Shown one piece after another: positions 1 through 11,775 of a DNA stretch of 36,810 bases. Numbering within the stretch: the stretch's first letter is position 1; the number at the start of each line of letters is the position of its first letter. The translations under genes and the position numbers were made by a program. The notes below the pieces were generated by a model. It saw only the letters and a program-made list of their open reading frames with translations, was not told the DNA's origin and searched no databases. The stretch comes from Vicugna vicugna (taxonomy: Eukaryota): positions 957,394 through 994,203 of the forward strand of contig MU058650.1 in assembly GCA_013265495.1 (NCBI GenBank), given 5' to 3'.

Positions 1-1055
1 ATCCACACTCCCACTTGACCCTGCAAATTCAAAATGCACCGAAGACGTCCAAGTACTCCAAGACCCCAAATCTGATCTCCAGAATCCCCTATATTAGGGC
101 AAGATTCCACTGTCTACCTAGTTGCCAGACATAAACATGCGCATCATTGTTTGATTGTTTGATTATGCCCTCCCTCCTCCTTTTCCTTCACTGCCACCCC
201 CCAATCAATCAGTTAACACAAGTCCTATTGATTTTCCCTTCTAAATATCTCTCAAATCCATCACACTCTGTCGCTGTCTATTGCCTTATCCTGCCATTAC
301 TATGTTTGCCTAGATGATCTTAATAACCTTATAAATTTCACCACAGTCTAATTTATTCTCCATACTGCTGTCAGAGTACATTTTTAAAACTAGAACTCTG
401 ATCTTGTCACATCTCAGTTTATAACTTTCACTAGTTCCTCACTGGTCATGGGATAAGGTTCAAAATCTTTAATATTGCATACAAATTCTTCAGTGATCTG
501 ACCCTGTCTTGCCTTTCCGTATTTTAAAAAAAATTTTTTTTTGCGTTATAGTCAGTTTACAATGTTGTATCAAATTCCAGTGTAGAGCACACTTTTTCAG
601 TTATACATGAACATACCTATATTCATTGTCGCATTCTTTTTCGCATGAGCCACCACCAGATCTTGTATACATTCCCCTGTGCTGTACAGTATAATCTTGT
701 TTATCTACTGCCTTTCCATGTTGTGCCTCTGTTTTGCCTGTTCTTCTCACTGAGCACCACACGAGGTCATATTAAATGTTTTCCCCTCCTCATGCTGTGT
801 ATTCTCTTGCTTCTAGGACTTTGCATGTGCTATCTGGGGGAACCCCCAGAACCCTACATCTAAGGTAACCCTCAAATTCACTTTCTCAGCATTTATTTCC
901 ACTTGTAATATTGTGGTTAATTATCTTTTGTTTTTCTACATCCTCTTCTCTCTCCCTCGAGGCTGTTGGGTCTGGAGGATGGAACTCATGCCCGTCTTGT
1001 TCCCTCTGTATCCCTAGTGCCCACCTCTGTGTCTAGAGCATAGTAAGCGCTAACA
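1..1055 (+). mobile_element. Ancient L2 LINE remnant (3' part), interrupted by a short L1 fragment at ~521-708
   Basis: Degenerate L2 3' motifs (caatcaatcagttaacacaagtcctattgattttcccttctaaatatctctcaaatcc; attctccatactgctgtcagagt; tgttccctctgtatccctagtgcc...agcatagtaagcgct). Confidence 0.7.
521..708 (-). mobile_element. Short 5'-truncated L1 3'-end insertion
   Basis: T-tract then tatagtcagtttacaatgttgtatcaaattcc...; same 3' UTR as the copies near 26365 and 34750; flanked by direct repeat tgcctttcc (510-518, 709-717). Confidence 0.8.
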
Positions 1056-1516
1056 CCTTGTCATATTTTTTTTTAATTTTAGAATAGTTTTAGATTTACA
1101 GAAATGTTGCAAAGATGGTACAGGGAGTTCCCTTATCCTGGCACCCAGTTTCCTCTGTTGTTAACATCTTACGTTAATATGACACATTTGTCCCAACGAA
1201 TGGACCACTATTGACATTTCATTATTAACTAAAATCCATGCTTACTCAGATAGCCTTAGTTTTTTAATGTAATGTCCCTTTTCTGTTCTAGGATCCCATC
1301 CATGATGCCATGTTGCATTTAGTAATCATGTCCCCTTAGGCACCTCTTGACTGTGACAGCTTCTCAGACTTCCCTTGTTTTTGACGATCTTGAGAGCTTT
1401 GAGGAGTACTGGTTGGGGATTTTGTGGTATATCCCTCATTGGGAGCTTGTCTGATGTGTTTATCATGATTAATCTGGGTGGGAAGAGGGAAGACCACAGA
1501 GGTAAAGTGCCATTTT

Positions 1517-2125
1517 CTCTTTTTTTTCATTTTTAAAATGATTTAGTTGTTGCCCCTCCAAATCTGAAATTCACTGGTGCTCCAAGGAAGCGCAGAGTTT
1601 TATCACTTTTGTCAAAGATGAACATTAGTGGTTGGTGGCTTTCATGTATTCACAAACCTCATCTCCAGTTCTGTGACACACTTTCTGACAGTCGTACTAC
1701 CGCGATTGTGTATCTTCCTGGTTTTGTGTTTACCCAGCATCCCAAACACTGAATCTCACATGCTAACATACCAATGCCCTCCTCAGCCCAACCCTTTCCC
1801 AAACACGTACTCTAATAGCTGGCCCAAGCTTAGCACCCGGCTCGTCCTGGTAGGGGCTCACAGGTCCTGCCTGTTCACCACCCCTCAGCTCCTGCATCTT
1901 CCCTCCACGCAGTGTTGACTGCAAGCCCACAGGCCTGCAGAGAAGGGCCTAAGTCATGTGCACTTTGGTCTGAACCTGGATGACGAGACGCTGGGCCAGA
2001 ACTCTCAGGATTCCATGGAGGTGGCCAGGCAGAGTCCGTGCGCGCATGTCAGGCCAGCACCTGAGAGAAGGGACAGCCACCTCCCTTGTGGGTCTAGCAA
2101 CTTTACAGCTTGGGGCTACATTTCC
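1517..2125 (-). pseudogene. Retroposed non-repeat RNA fragment (5'-truncated retrocopy or orphan 3' transduction), source unknown
   Basis: Perfect 14-bp TSD taaagtgccatttt at 1503-1516 and 2126-2139; T-tract at the left end (poly-A on minus strand); ACTAAA variant signal ~15-20 nt upstream of the tail. Confidence 0.7.
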
Positions 2126-2288
2126 TAAAGTGCCATTTTGTCACATCAGACCAGGGCTATAAACTAGCAACATGAATTATCACTGTAATATCAATTTTGA
2201 CCACCTACCGGAGGTAACATTTGCCAGGTTTCTCGACTCTACAGTTTCTCATTTTCCCCCGTCCCGTACTCTACTCAGGAAGCCACTA

Positions 2289-4221
2289 CAGGCACAGATC
2301 ACAGATACTGCCAGCCTGGTTCCAAACCAATGCCGTGAAGCGAGTCACATGGATTTTTTGGGCTTCCCAGTGCACATAAACATTGTTTACACTATACCAT
2401 TGTCTGTTAAGTTTGCAATAGCATTATGTCTTAAAAACAGTATATACTTTAATTAGAAGGTGTTTATGGCTAAAAAATGCTAACCATCCTCCAAGCCTGG
2501 AGCAAGTCAGACTTTTTGCGGGTGGAGGCTCTGGCCTCGTTTTGAGGGCTGCTGACTGATCAGGGTGGTGGTTGCTGAAGGCTAGGTGGCTGGGGCAATT
2601 TCTTAAAATAGGACAACAACGAAGTTTGGTGCATCAGTTGGCTCCTTCTTGCATGAACGATTTCTCTGTAGCTGTTTGATGGCATTTTACCTCCAGTAGA
2701 ACTTCTTTCAAAATTGTCCGTCCTCGCCAAGCCTGCCGTGGGTTTACCAACTAAATTTACGTAATATTCGAAATCCTTTGTTGTCATTTCAACAGTCTTC
2801 ACAACATCTTCACCAGGAGCTGATTCCATCTCAAGGAACCACTTCCTTTGCAGCTCCTCCTCCATTCAAGTCTCATAAGATTGCAGCAGTTCAGTCACAT
2901 CTGTTTTTCAGTCTCCACTTCTGATTCTGGTTCTCTTGCTGTTTCCACCGCATCTGCAGTTACTTCCTCCGCTGAAGTCTTGAACCCCTCAAAGTTATCC
3001 ACGAGGGTTGGACTCAACTTCTCCCTAACTGCCTTAATCATGAATGTTCTTAATGGCACCTGGGATGGTGAATCCTTTCCAGAAGGTTTTCGGTTGATTT
3101 TGCCCAGATCCACTGTGGAATTACTGTCTATGGCAGCTGTAGCCTTACTAACATATTTCTTAAATCAGAAGCCTCAGACATCAGAATGACTCCTTGATCC
3201 ATGGCCTATGGGATAGAGGTTTGTTAAAGGCGTGAGAATAATATGAATCTCATTGTACATCTCCATCAGAGCTCTTGGTGACCAGATGTGCCCTTAATGA
3301 GCAGTAATATTTTCAAAGGATTCTTTCTTGCAGAAAGTCTCAACAGTGGGCTTAAAAGAGTCAGGAAACCATACTAAACAGATATACTGTCATCTAGGCT
3401 TTGTTGTTCCACTTAAAGAGCACAGACAGAGTAGATTTAGCCTGGTTCTCAAGGGTCTTAGCATTTTGGGGAGGGTAAATGAGCACTGGCTTCAACTTAA
3501 GGTCCCCAGCTGCATTAGCCCCCAGCAAGAGAGTCAGCCTGTCCTTTGAAGCTTTGAAGCCAGACCATGACTTCTCCTCTCTAGCTGTGAAAGTCCTCGA
3601 TGGCATCTTTTTCCAATAGAGCACTACTCCCTGGAGTACCACTAAACTTCCTTCAAGAACTTTTCCTTTGCATTTACAACTTGGCTAACTGTTCGATACA
3701 AGAGGCCCAGCCTTTGGCCTGCCTGAGCTTTCCATATGCCTCCCTCGCTAAGCTTAGTCATTTCAAGCTTTTGATTTAAAGTGAGGGACGTGTGACTCTT
3801 CCTTTCAGCTGAACACTTAGAAGCCATTGTAGGGTAATTAATGGACCTAATTTCAATATTGCTGTGTCTCAGGTAGTGAGGCCCAAGGAGGAGGAGAGAG
3901 GTGACGGAATGGTGGGGCAGTGGAGCAGTCAGAACACACACAACGTTTATCAGTTAAATTTGCCATCTTACATGTGGGCGGTTCAAGGTACCCTCAGACG
4001 ATTATAATAGTAACATCAAAGATCGTAGTCAGAGATCACCCTAACAGACATAGTAATAACGAGAAAGATTGAAATATTGTGAGAATTACGAGAATATGAC
4101 ACAGAGACACAAAGTGATCCAGTGCTTTTGGGAAAATGTCACTGATAGACTTGCCACAAACTTTCAATGTGTCCAAAAAAAAAGCAGTATCTGTGAAGCA
4201 CAATAAAGCAAGGTGTGTTCG
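2289..4221 (-). mobile_element. Tigger1 DNA transposon (TcMar/pogo), decayed, with internal deletion
   Basis: TA at both ends (2287-2288, 4222-4223); CAGGCA terminus at left; minus-strand transposase fragments [23 protein letters not shown]..., [17 protein letters not shown]...[23 protein letters not shown], ...[22 protein letters not shown]. Confidence 0.93.
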
Positions 4222-4944
4222 TATGTCCAGCCCACATTTAAGGGGTAAAGAGTTATGCTCCACCTCCTTGAGGGCAGCGTATCTGCATAAATTATTTGGA
4301 ATTCTTTTGTATGGAAGATTTATGCAGTCTCCCGACTTATTTATTTATTCAGTCATTTATTTACATCAGTGTGGAGTCATGGATATTTACTTTACACTTT
4401 GAGTTATAATCCAGTACTACTTTATTTATTTTGTTACTCAGATTGTTCCAGCGCTGGCCTTTGGGAACTCTCAGTTGGCTCCTGTGTTTATTTGACATAT
4501 TCCTGATTGTCTTTTGAGCACTTCCTTACTTTCTGGCACGAGAAGATGCTTCAGACCCACCTTATATATTTCCAACTCCAACCCTAGAATCAGACATTTT
4601 TCCAAGGAGCCCTGGTTCATTTAACTGGAGAATGTATTTGAAACCGTGATCTGGGCTCTGGGTAGACACTAACACTTTTTAATTAAAATTTGGATTCATT
4701 TTAAAAAGCCACAAAAAAACAAAGAATAATATACATTTCTACTACCTAAAATGAACAAATCATTCCCCTTTATTTTGCTTTTTAATAAATTAAACATTTG
4801 TAAAATTGAAGGCCATTTTTCCCTTTCCCAAACCTAAAACCTTTTCCCAGAAGCAACCACAATCTTAAGTTGATTATGTAGTAGTTTTTTTCCAGCATGC
4901 ATGAAATATTTACAGAAACAGCTATGTATTAAGAAAAGACTGGC

Positions 4945-6777
4945 AAAATCCCCAACAAACAAAAGAGCTGCATGCAAAAGAATGAAATTAAAATATTTTC
5001 TCAAATCACATACAGAATTAAACTGAATATAGATTAAAGACCTAAATGTAAGACCGAAAACCATAAAATTCCTAGAAGAAAAGATGGGCAGAACACTCTT
5101 TGATATAAATCATAGCAGTATATTTTGGATGTATCTCCTAAAGTGAAGGAGGGAAAAGCACAAAAGTAAACAAACATGACCTAATTAAACTTAAAAGTTT
5201 TTTCATAACAAAGGAAACCATCAACAAAACAAAAAAACAACCTATTGAATGGGGAAAAATACTTACAAATGATATGACCAATAAGGGGTTAATCCAAAAT
5301 ATACAAATAGCCCATTTAACTCAACATCAAAAAAACCCCCAAAAAAACCAAAACCAATAGCCTGATTAAAAAATGGGCAACAGACCTGAATAGACATTTT
5401 CCAAAGAAGACATACGAATGGCCAGGCACTGAAAAGATGCTCAACATCATTAATCATCAGAAAAATGCAAATAAAAGCCACAGTGAGGTACCAACTCATG
5501 ACAGAATGGCTGTCATCAAAAAGAACGCAAATTACAAATGTTGGTGAGGATGTGGAGAAAAAGGAACCCTCGTACACTGCTGGTTGGAAAGTAAGTCTGT
5601 GCAGCCACTGGAAAACAGTATGGAGTTTCCTCAGAAAAACTAAAAATAGAACCACCATATGACCCAGCAATTCCTCTCCCAATTATGTATCTGAAAAAAC
5701 ACAAACACTAATTTGAAAAGATACATGCACCTACGAATGAAAAATACTGCTTGCCGTATCAGTAAACAAAGGATGCTGTGGCCATCAAGCCACTATGGTT
5801 GCCCCTGACAGTGAGCTGGAGGGAACTTAGGATGGAGACAAGTGGGCAACCCAGCCTCTGCCACCCCCCCCTCCCCCCGTAGCACTGCACCCTGAGGAAC
5901 CTCAGGATGTGAAAGAACAGGATACTGGCCCTAGATAGCTGGGTACATATCAAAGAAGTGATTTCAATGAGCCTAGACTTTGCACCTTTCTGTACATAGA
6001 AAAGCACTAAATTTCTTAACTTGAGATATCTGGTTTTCTTTAATTAACAGTAATCTTTTGATGTTCCAGCTACCTGGTCTTTGTTGCGTAAACTCTTGTA
6101 TACTGTGGCTCCTCCCCTGCCTCTTTGGAGCTTTCTGAGAGGCTGTATTCTGGGCTTAAGTCCTCAGAAATGTCCACCGAATAAAACTAACTCTCAGCTT
6201 TTAGGTTGTGCATTTTTTAGTCAACATTCCTGATGTTTATAACCAGCATTAATTACAGTAGCCAAGATATGGAGGCAACTTATGTGTCCATCAACAGAAG
6301 AATGGATACAAAGGATGTGGTATACAGGTACAATGGAATCCTACTCAGCCTTGAAAAATAGAAATGTTGCCATTTGCATCAACAGGGATGGATTTGGAGG
6401 GTGTTATGCCTAGTGAAATAAGTCAGACAGAAAAAGACAAATACCGTTTTATATCACTTATATGTGGAATCCAAAAAAAAATCAAACTAATGAATATGAC
6501 AAAAAAAAAAAAGAAACAGACAGATATAGAGAACAAACTAGTGGTTACTAGTAGGGGGAGGGAAGGGGGGGCAAGATAAAGGTTGGGGATTAACTGACAC
6601 AAACTACTATGTATATAATGAACGAGCCACAAGGATGTATTGTACAGCACAGGGAATCTAACCAATGTTTTACAGTAAGTACACATGAAGTATAACCTTA
6701 GAAAACTATGGATCACTATGTTGTACACCTGAACTTATGTAAGACTGTAAATCAACTGTATACCTCAATTTAAAAAA
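4945..6777 (+). mobile_element. 5'-truncated L1 (ORF2 C-terminus plus 3' UTR) containing a solo LTR
   Basis: ORF2 C-terminal fragments (MQIKATVRYQL...; MLPFASTGMDLEGVMPSEISQTEKDKY); A-tail; perfect 14-bp TSD aagaaaagactggc at 4931-4944 and 6778-6791, preceded by TT. Confidence 0.9.
5732..6226 (+). mobile_element. Solo ERV LTR (ERV1-like) inserted in the L1
   Basis: ~495-bp non-L1 block interrupting atacatgcacc|...tgatgtttata; AATAAA at 6180-6185; ends ...tagtcaaCA; start TA (degenerate TG); TSD not clear. Confidence 0.75.
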
Positions 6778-7065
6778 AAGAAAAGACTGGCTTTTGTTTT
6801 GGCTGAGTTGCCCACATTCCTGGGCTGTTCTAGTTGATAAGTGTGTCTCTGCCCTAAGCCATTTGTCTACACACTCAGTTCCCCACCTTGCTGCGGCTGA
6901 TGTCCATCTGTCTCTTTTTCATGAGGTGATGTCATCCTGTTATTGGTTCCAGCCACTCTCTCTTTTCTAGTCTGTTTCTTGATATCTCATCCCAGTTTGC
7001 TGCTTTGTTGGCAGCTTCTGGTGTTCCTTCTTGTTGGAAGAAGACCAATAACTTGATACTCTAGA

Positions 7066-7181
7066 TTTTTTTCTTCTTTTTGTTGGGGGGGGGGAATTTG
7101 GTTGGTTTGTTTAATGGAGGTACTAGGGATTGAACCCAGATCTCATCTCATGCATCACTACCACTGAGCTACACTCTCCCC
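7066..7181 (-). mobile_element. Vic-1-like tRNA-derived SINE, degenerate
   Basis: ttaatggaggtactagggattgaacccag...ccactgagctacactctcccc is the reverse complement of the SINE head seen at 17101. Confidence 0.75.
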
Positions 7182-7805
7182 ACACCGCCCGGTTATTGTA
7201 GATTTCGTGAAAGCAAATTGTAAACTGAAATGTGCTAAACAAATGTATCATTTTACTGTTTTAGTCACAGTGCCCCCAAAAATGGGACCAGGGGCATATC
7301 CTTCATTTGTTTGGAGTACTTGGCTCTTCATCGGCATTTTTTTTCTTTCTTTCTTTTTTTTTTTTTTAGCTTAATGACGTTACCAATTTCTTCTAGTTAT
7401 TTTCTGAGTTGTACTTCTGGAAGGTTGAGGCTGCCAGATTTAAGACCATCTGATACCTAGAAATCAGGATAGTTAATTTAATGGTTCTTCATTTTTATTT
7501 TTCTTACAAATACTGCTCTTCAAGATATAACAGCAGTGTGCAAAGCAGAGGAAGAGTTTACCATGGAAAAGGTTGCTCATGAAACTAACCATTTCTCCAG
7601 CAGTGACTTAAAATGAAAGACTAATTGTGTTCATTAGGAAGGGAAAGGCTTTAGCCGGAATCTTCATTCAGTGAATGTGTTGCTGTGTGGGCAGTTCAAT
7701 TAATAAAATTCTGGGTCCATAACACCTTATCTGCTTCACTAAGGTAAGTAGAAATTTGGCTTTCCCACCCCATTAACAGTAAGCCTCTCTAATTTCTCCT
7801 CACAG

Positions 7806-7890
7806 CTTACAGTTACTTTGACAAAGGCAAATTTGGAAGCAGTTCCTCGAGGACAGTTTGGATAACACCTGGATAATCAAAACAGGCACC
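7806..7890 (+). other. ELMOD1: ELMOD1 5' UTR portion of the first coding exon
   Basis: Acceptor ctctaatttctcctcacag| at 7805; Kozak-like ggcaccATG at 7891. An alternative AG at 7811-7812 is possible. Confidence 0.75.
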
Positions 7891-7907
7891 ATGAAGCACT
7901 TCCTACG
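7891..7907 (+). CDS. ELMOD1: ELMOD1 first coding exon (MKHFL-R), 17 nt
   Basis: ATGAAGCACTTCCTACG|gtgagt; matches the ELMOD1 N-terminus; phase fits the next exon. Confidence 0.93.
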
Positions 7908-9080
7908 GTGAGTGTTTATGGTTTCCTGGAGGAGCCCTCTAAAACGGAGAAACTTCCTTAACAGTTAGTATAATATCTGTGTTCACCATTGGTGAGCCTA
8001 TAACCGGGTCTCAGGATTGCATAAAATAGCATTGTATTTTGGGTAAGAATAATTTGGCCATCGGGTTCCTCTGTAACTCTATGCGCATACTGATGCCAAG
8101 AGACAGCATCATGTAAGGAGGGGATTTTAAAAGATTATACAGGAATATGGGCACAAAAGCACGGGGCAGGTGTACTTTGATGACCTGTGTTTCTAAAGCC
8201 CTAAGGCTGAGGTTTGGGGAATTTGTTGTCAGGGAATCAATGTAGTTTGTGTAGAATCATTTCCCTAAAATTGATCTATATTTAAATATAGATTTTGGTT
8301 GGCTGACCAATCCACAGAGGCATTTTCAAATGTTCCTTTTTTAGTGAAAAATACATGCTCTAAGCTTTTGCTCTTCCCGCTTCAGTGGTGCCTCCGAAAC
8401 CTGTATTAATTTTTGGTTCTCTGACGATTGTGCTGGATAAACTACTGTTTATGTTTGTGCGTTTACAGTGACGTTGTCTTGTCTTGAAAGCCATTTAGCT
8501 GGATCTATAATCAGAATTATTTTCAAGAGTATTGTCTGTCATACACAACTCTATAAATGAATTCTTAGAGGAATTTTATAGTATATTAATATATGACAAA
8601 ATGAAGTTAAGTTGGTTCTGAAAGTTAGGAAATAAACACATTTTCCAGATATTTGGGGGTTTTTCCTTGATCCAATCTACATTTATTTTACTAAAGAAAA
8701 CACAAATTGAGCTGTATGACAAATGCTGACTACCAGCATTCCTTTAAATGTTTGCAATTGTCCTTTAAAAATGTCCGAGTAGTCTTGTGAAAGATAGAAA
8801 TACTAATGGCATTAATAACACAAAAATAGTACAGGTTTAAAATAAATTCACTTAGCACAGTTAAATTCATATAGAGTATCCAGAATAGTTAAACAGTTTT
8901 GATAGCTAAAAAATCTAGAATCTGTATTCTACAGAAATAACTCTAAAATATTTGATGAGCATGTTTTAATAGAAATTCTTTATTGATCAGATGAACAGGT
9001 GAATTATCATGGTAGATTTTTTTTTTCCTTGATACTCAAAAACTTTAGTACTATTTATTTTTTCTCTAAAGAGAAAAAAT

Positions 9081-9230
9081 ATTTTATTTTTATTGGTTTT
9101 CTTTGTTTTGGGGAGGAGGTAACTAAGTTTATTCATTTACTTATTTATTTTAATGGAGGTACTGGGGATTGAACCCAGGATCTTGTGCATGCTAGGCATG
9201 CACTTTTACCACTGAGCTATACGTTCCCCC
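9081..9230 (-). mobile_element. Vic-1-like tRNA-derived SINE
   Basis: atggaggtactggggattgaacccaggatcttgtgcatgctaggcatgcacttttaccactgagctatacgttcccc with T-rich tail to the left. Confidence 0.88.
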
Positions 9231-9664
9231 AACACTTTCCAGATACTGAGATTCTTTCCTACAAGATGGTGGCCTACCTATATTATATATTCTTGTACCA
9301 TGTTCTGGCTATTTTCTCTAAGAAAATCATTAGTGGGCTTACTTCTTTTAGTAAATGATTTAATTCTTGCAGTGGCTGCAGTTTAAAATTTTCCTTTCCC
9401 CACTGGTTTTTCGTTGCATCGTCATTTCTGGAGCACCTAGGTCAGTTGGTGTAGGATTCACTATGTTGTGGTGTGACTACTGGTGTTTACTCAAGCTTAG
9501 AATTGTGAAAACCCTCTCAGGAGGTCACTGTTTTTAGGCATCAGCATTTGTTTTATCGTACAGAAGACTCCGCAGCCTGTTTCTCTCAGCTGTGTAAAAA
9601 GACAGTATTTGAAAGATCACTAGGACATTTGCCAGCAAAGTATTTGACCTGATACGTTTTCTTG

Positions 9665-9678
9665 GTTGCTATGGCAAC
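9665..9678. promoter_or_regulatory. Candidate RFX X-box
   Basis: GTTGCTATGGCAAC, one mismatch from the palindromic GTTGCCATGGCAAC, in non-repeat intron 2 sequence. Confidence 0.6.
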
Positions 9679-11609
9679 TAACCTATCTGTTTACGCATTC
9701 ATAAGAAATTCATGTCTATGAATTCCCCCTTGAGTTTAAACGTGATGTTTTTTAGCTGAAGAATCATGTTAACACAGAGCTTTAGCGTTAGGTGAAGCGC
9801 TTAAGTCAGAAACTCCTTTTGTGAGAGGGGAAATGGTAGTGGTGAGGTGTACTACTGAATTTTCTTCTTCAATGTTTTGTTTTAGAAAAAACTTGAGTGG
9901 CTCAAAACCAGCCATTTTAGGAGAGATAGGAGCATTTGTTTACTTCTGTTAGTTTCTGTTAAATTGAAGAGGTGTGCAACACTGTGTTTAGTAGAGATTA
10001 TATTTTTAAGTTTGTATTTGATGATTTAAAACTGATACAGTGAAAAATCTACCGCTCTACTTTCACACAGACCAGCGCCAAGGGTAATAGAACTGGCATG
10101 TCCCTGTCAGTTATGTGTCCTACAAATTTTTCTCTTTTAACTTGGCACATTTATTTTATAAATAGTACTTGACATTGATTATTTGTGTGAAACTGAAGCT
10201 AGAATAATAAATTATGCATCAAGAAAAAACTTGAGGATTTTCATTGCCCATTGGTTTTGAAATGATAAAAGGAAACTCCGTCATTGCTTCTCCTTAATTG
10301 ATTATTGCTTTCAGCTTTAATTTTTGTAAATTTTTGTTTTTAATGCTTTTTAAAATTAATTTATCATGTGTGTGTTCATTATATGTTAATGTTTATGGAA
10401 TTTGGAGGGATAAGAGGGCAAGGAGTAATAATCCTAAATTCCAAGCTCTGTTGGATAATTCAGATTATCTTCTGTTCCCTGGAGTCCATTCCCACAGATG
10501 GTGGACAATTGGGCAATCTTTTTCATTTGAACCAAAGAGGTGGTTACATAAAATAACGTGAACAAATCAGGTGTTAATTCCTGAGCTCGGCAAATATATT
10601 ATGTGGAATAAGGAGTTGACGTCCACTGAGTAGAGTCAGCATTATTCAAAAGCCCACAGAATGACTAATCTGTCAGCTTCTGAGTTACTCTAGAATGAGC
10701 AGCTTCTGAGGCCAAGTGCAGCCTCAGAAGAAATGGGCTTAACCTTGAAGAAACCAGGCATGAGAAGGAATGGATTTTAATCCACATTTACGATACATGG
10801 GGGCTGTACTCTGCCCTAATTCACTGCTACTATCACATATATTAATGGTGTAAATACTCAGAGCTTAAGGGAGTGGATGAAACATTTGATGTTTGTTTAA
10901 ACACAATTCCATGAGATGTTAGAAATAAATGCTACAGGAAATTGAGGGTAGATATGAGAGATTGGCTAAGTACCCCATAGTCGCCTGATACGACTTTAGC
11001 CGTGATCTGCATTCAAAGAATACAAGGAATAAAACTGAGAAGAAAGTGTGTCTGTGTGTGAGCGGAAAAAGAGGGGGCACTTTTTGAGCCCTAAATAGAA
11101 CTGAGGCTTAAGGTTTAGTTTGTGTAATGTATTTCATTAATTTTAATTTAATAACACTTGTACTATAGATCTTTTCCTTTTCTAGGATTTAGTGATTGAG
11201 ATTATATATTGGTAAGATCATCAGAACATTATTAATTTTGAATTTTTCTAATAAAGGGACAGGTATAAGTCACTCCATATAAATAATTGCTTTCAGCTGT
11301 TTCAGCCTCAGGATCTCAGTTTCTTGACCGTGAACTTCACTGCATACCTTCCTCAGGCAGAGCAGAGAAAAGGAAAGCATTTGCCAAATTCAAACCTCCA
11401 CGGGAGAAACTGAGATATTGAGCAGACTTGTACCCACACCCTGGCTGTGAAACAGTTGAGGGGAAAACAGTGTTTTACTCCTATGATTAGGTAAAGATGT
11501 CCAGTTAGCAAAAAAATATCTGCAGATGGGATCTTATAAGTCATTCACACTTGATTCATCTCTTGGTCCACTGATTTATTTAGAAGGCATTTTAGTAATA
11601 ATTCCAGTA

Positions 11610-11775
11610 CTATGCCACACTTTTTATTTTTTCTTCATAACAATTATACTAAGGTAGGAATTAATATCCCATTTTACAGCACAGGTAAGAAGTCTTAGCA
11701 AAGTTGAGAAACTCAGCCGAGGTCCCACAGATATTTGAATGCAGGCCTGTCTGACATCAGAGCTGTTTCTCATAA
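11610..11775 (-). mobile_element. MIR remnant
   Basis: ggtaggaattaatatccccattttacag...ggtcccacag...atttgaatgcaggcctgtctgacatcagagc resembles the MIR core in reverse. Confidence 0.65.

Larger units (their letters stand above)
1066..4665 (-). mobile_element. Old L1 (L1MC-type) 3' region in three pieces (1066-1516, 2126-2288, 4222-4665), split by two later insertions
   Basis: Typical motifs (tttagatttacagaaatgttgcaaagatggtacagggagttcc; aggatcccatccatgatgcc; tagaatcagacatttttccaaggagccctggttc) continue across the inserts. Subfamily from recall. Confidence 0.7.

Noticed and set aside
2560..3941. Possible domesticated TIGD1-like gene
   Set aside because: The transposase is broken by frameshifts, stops and a large deletion, and sits in a TA-flanked Tigger1 relic.
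7556..7586. Two X-box-like strings (tttaccatggaaaa, gttgctcatgaaac)
   Set aside because: Each has two or more mismatches at key positions; too weak to call without conservation data.
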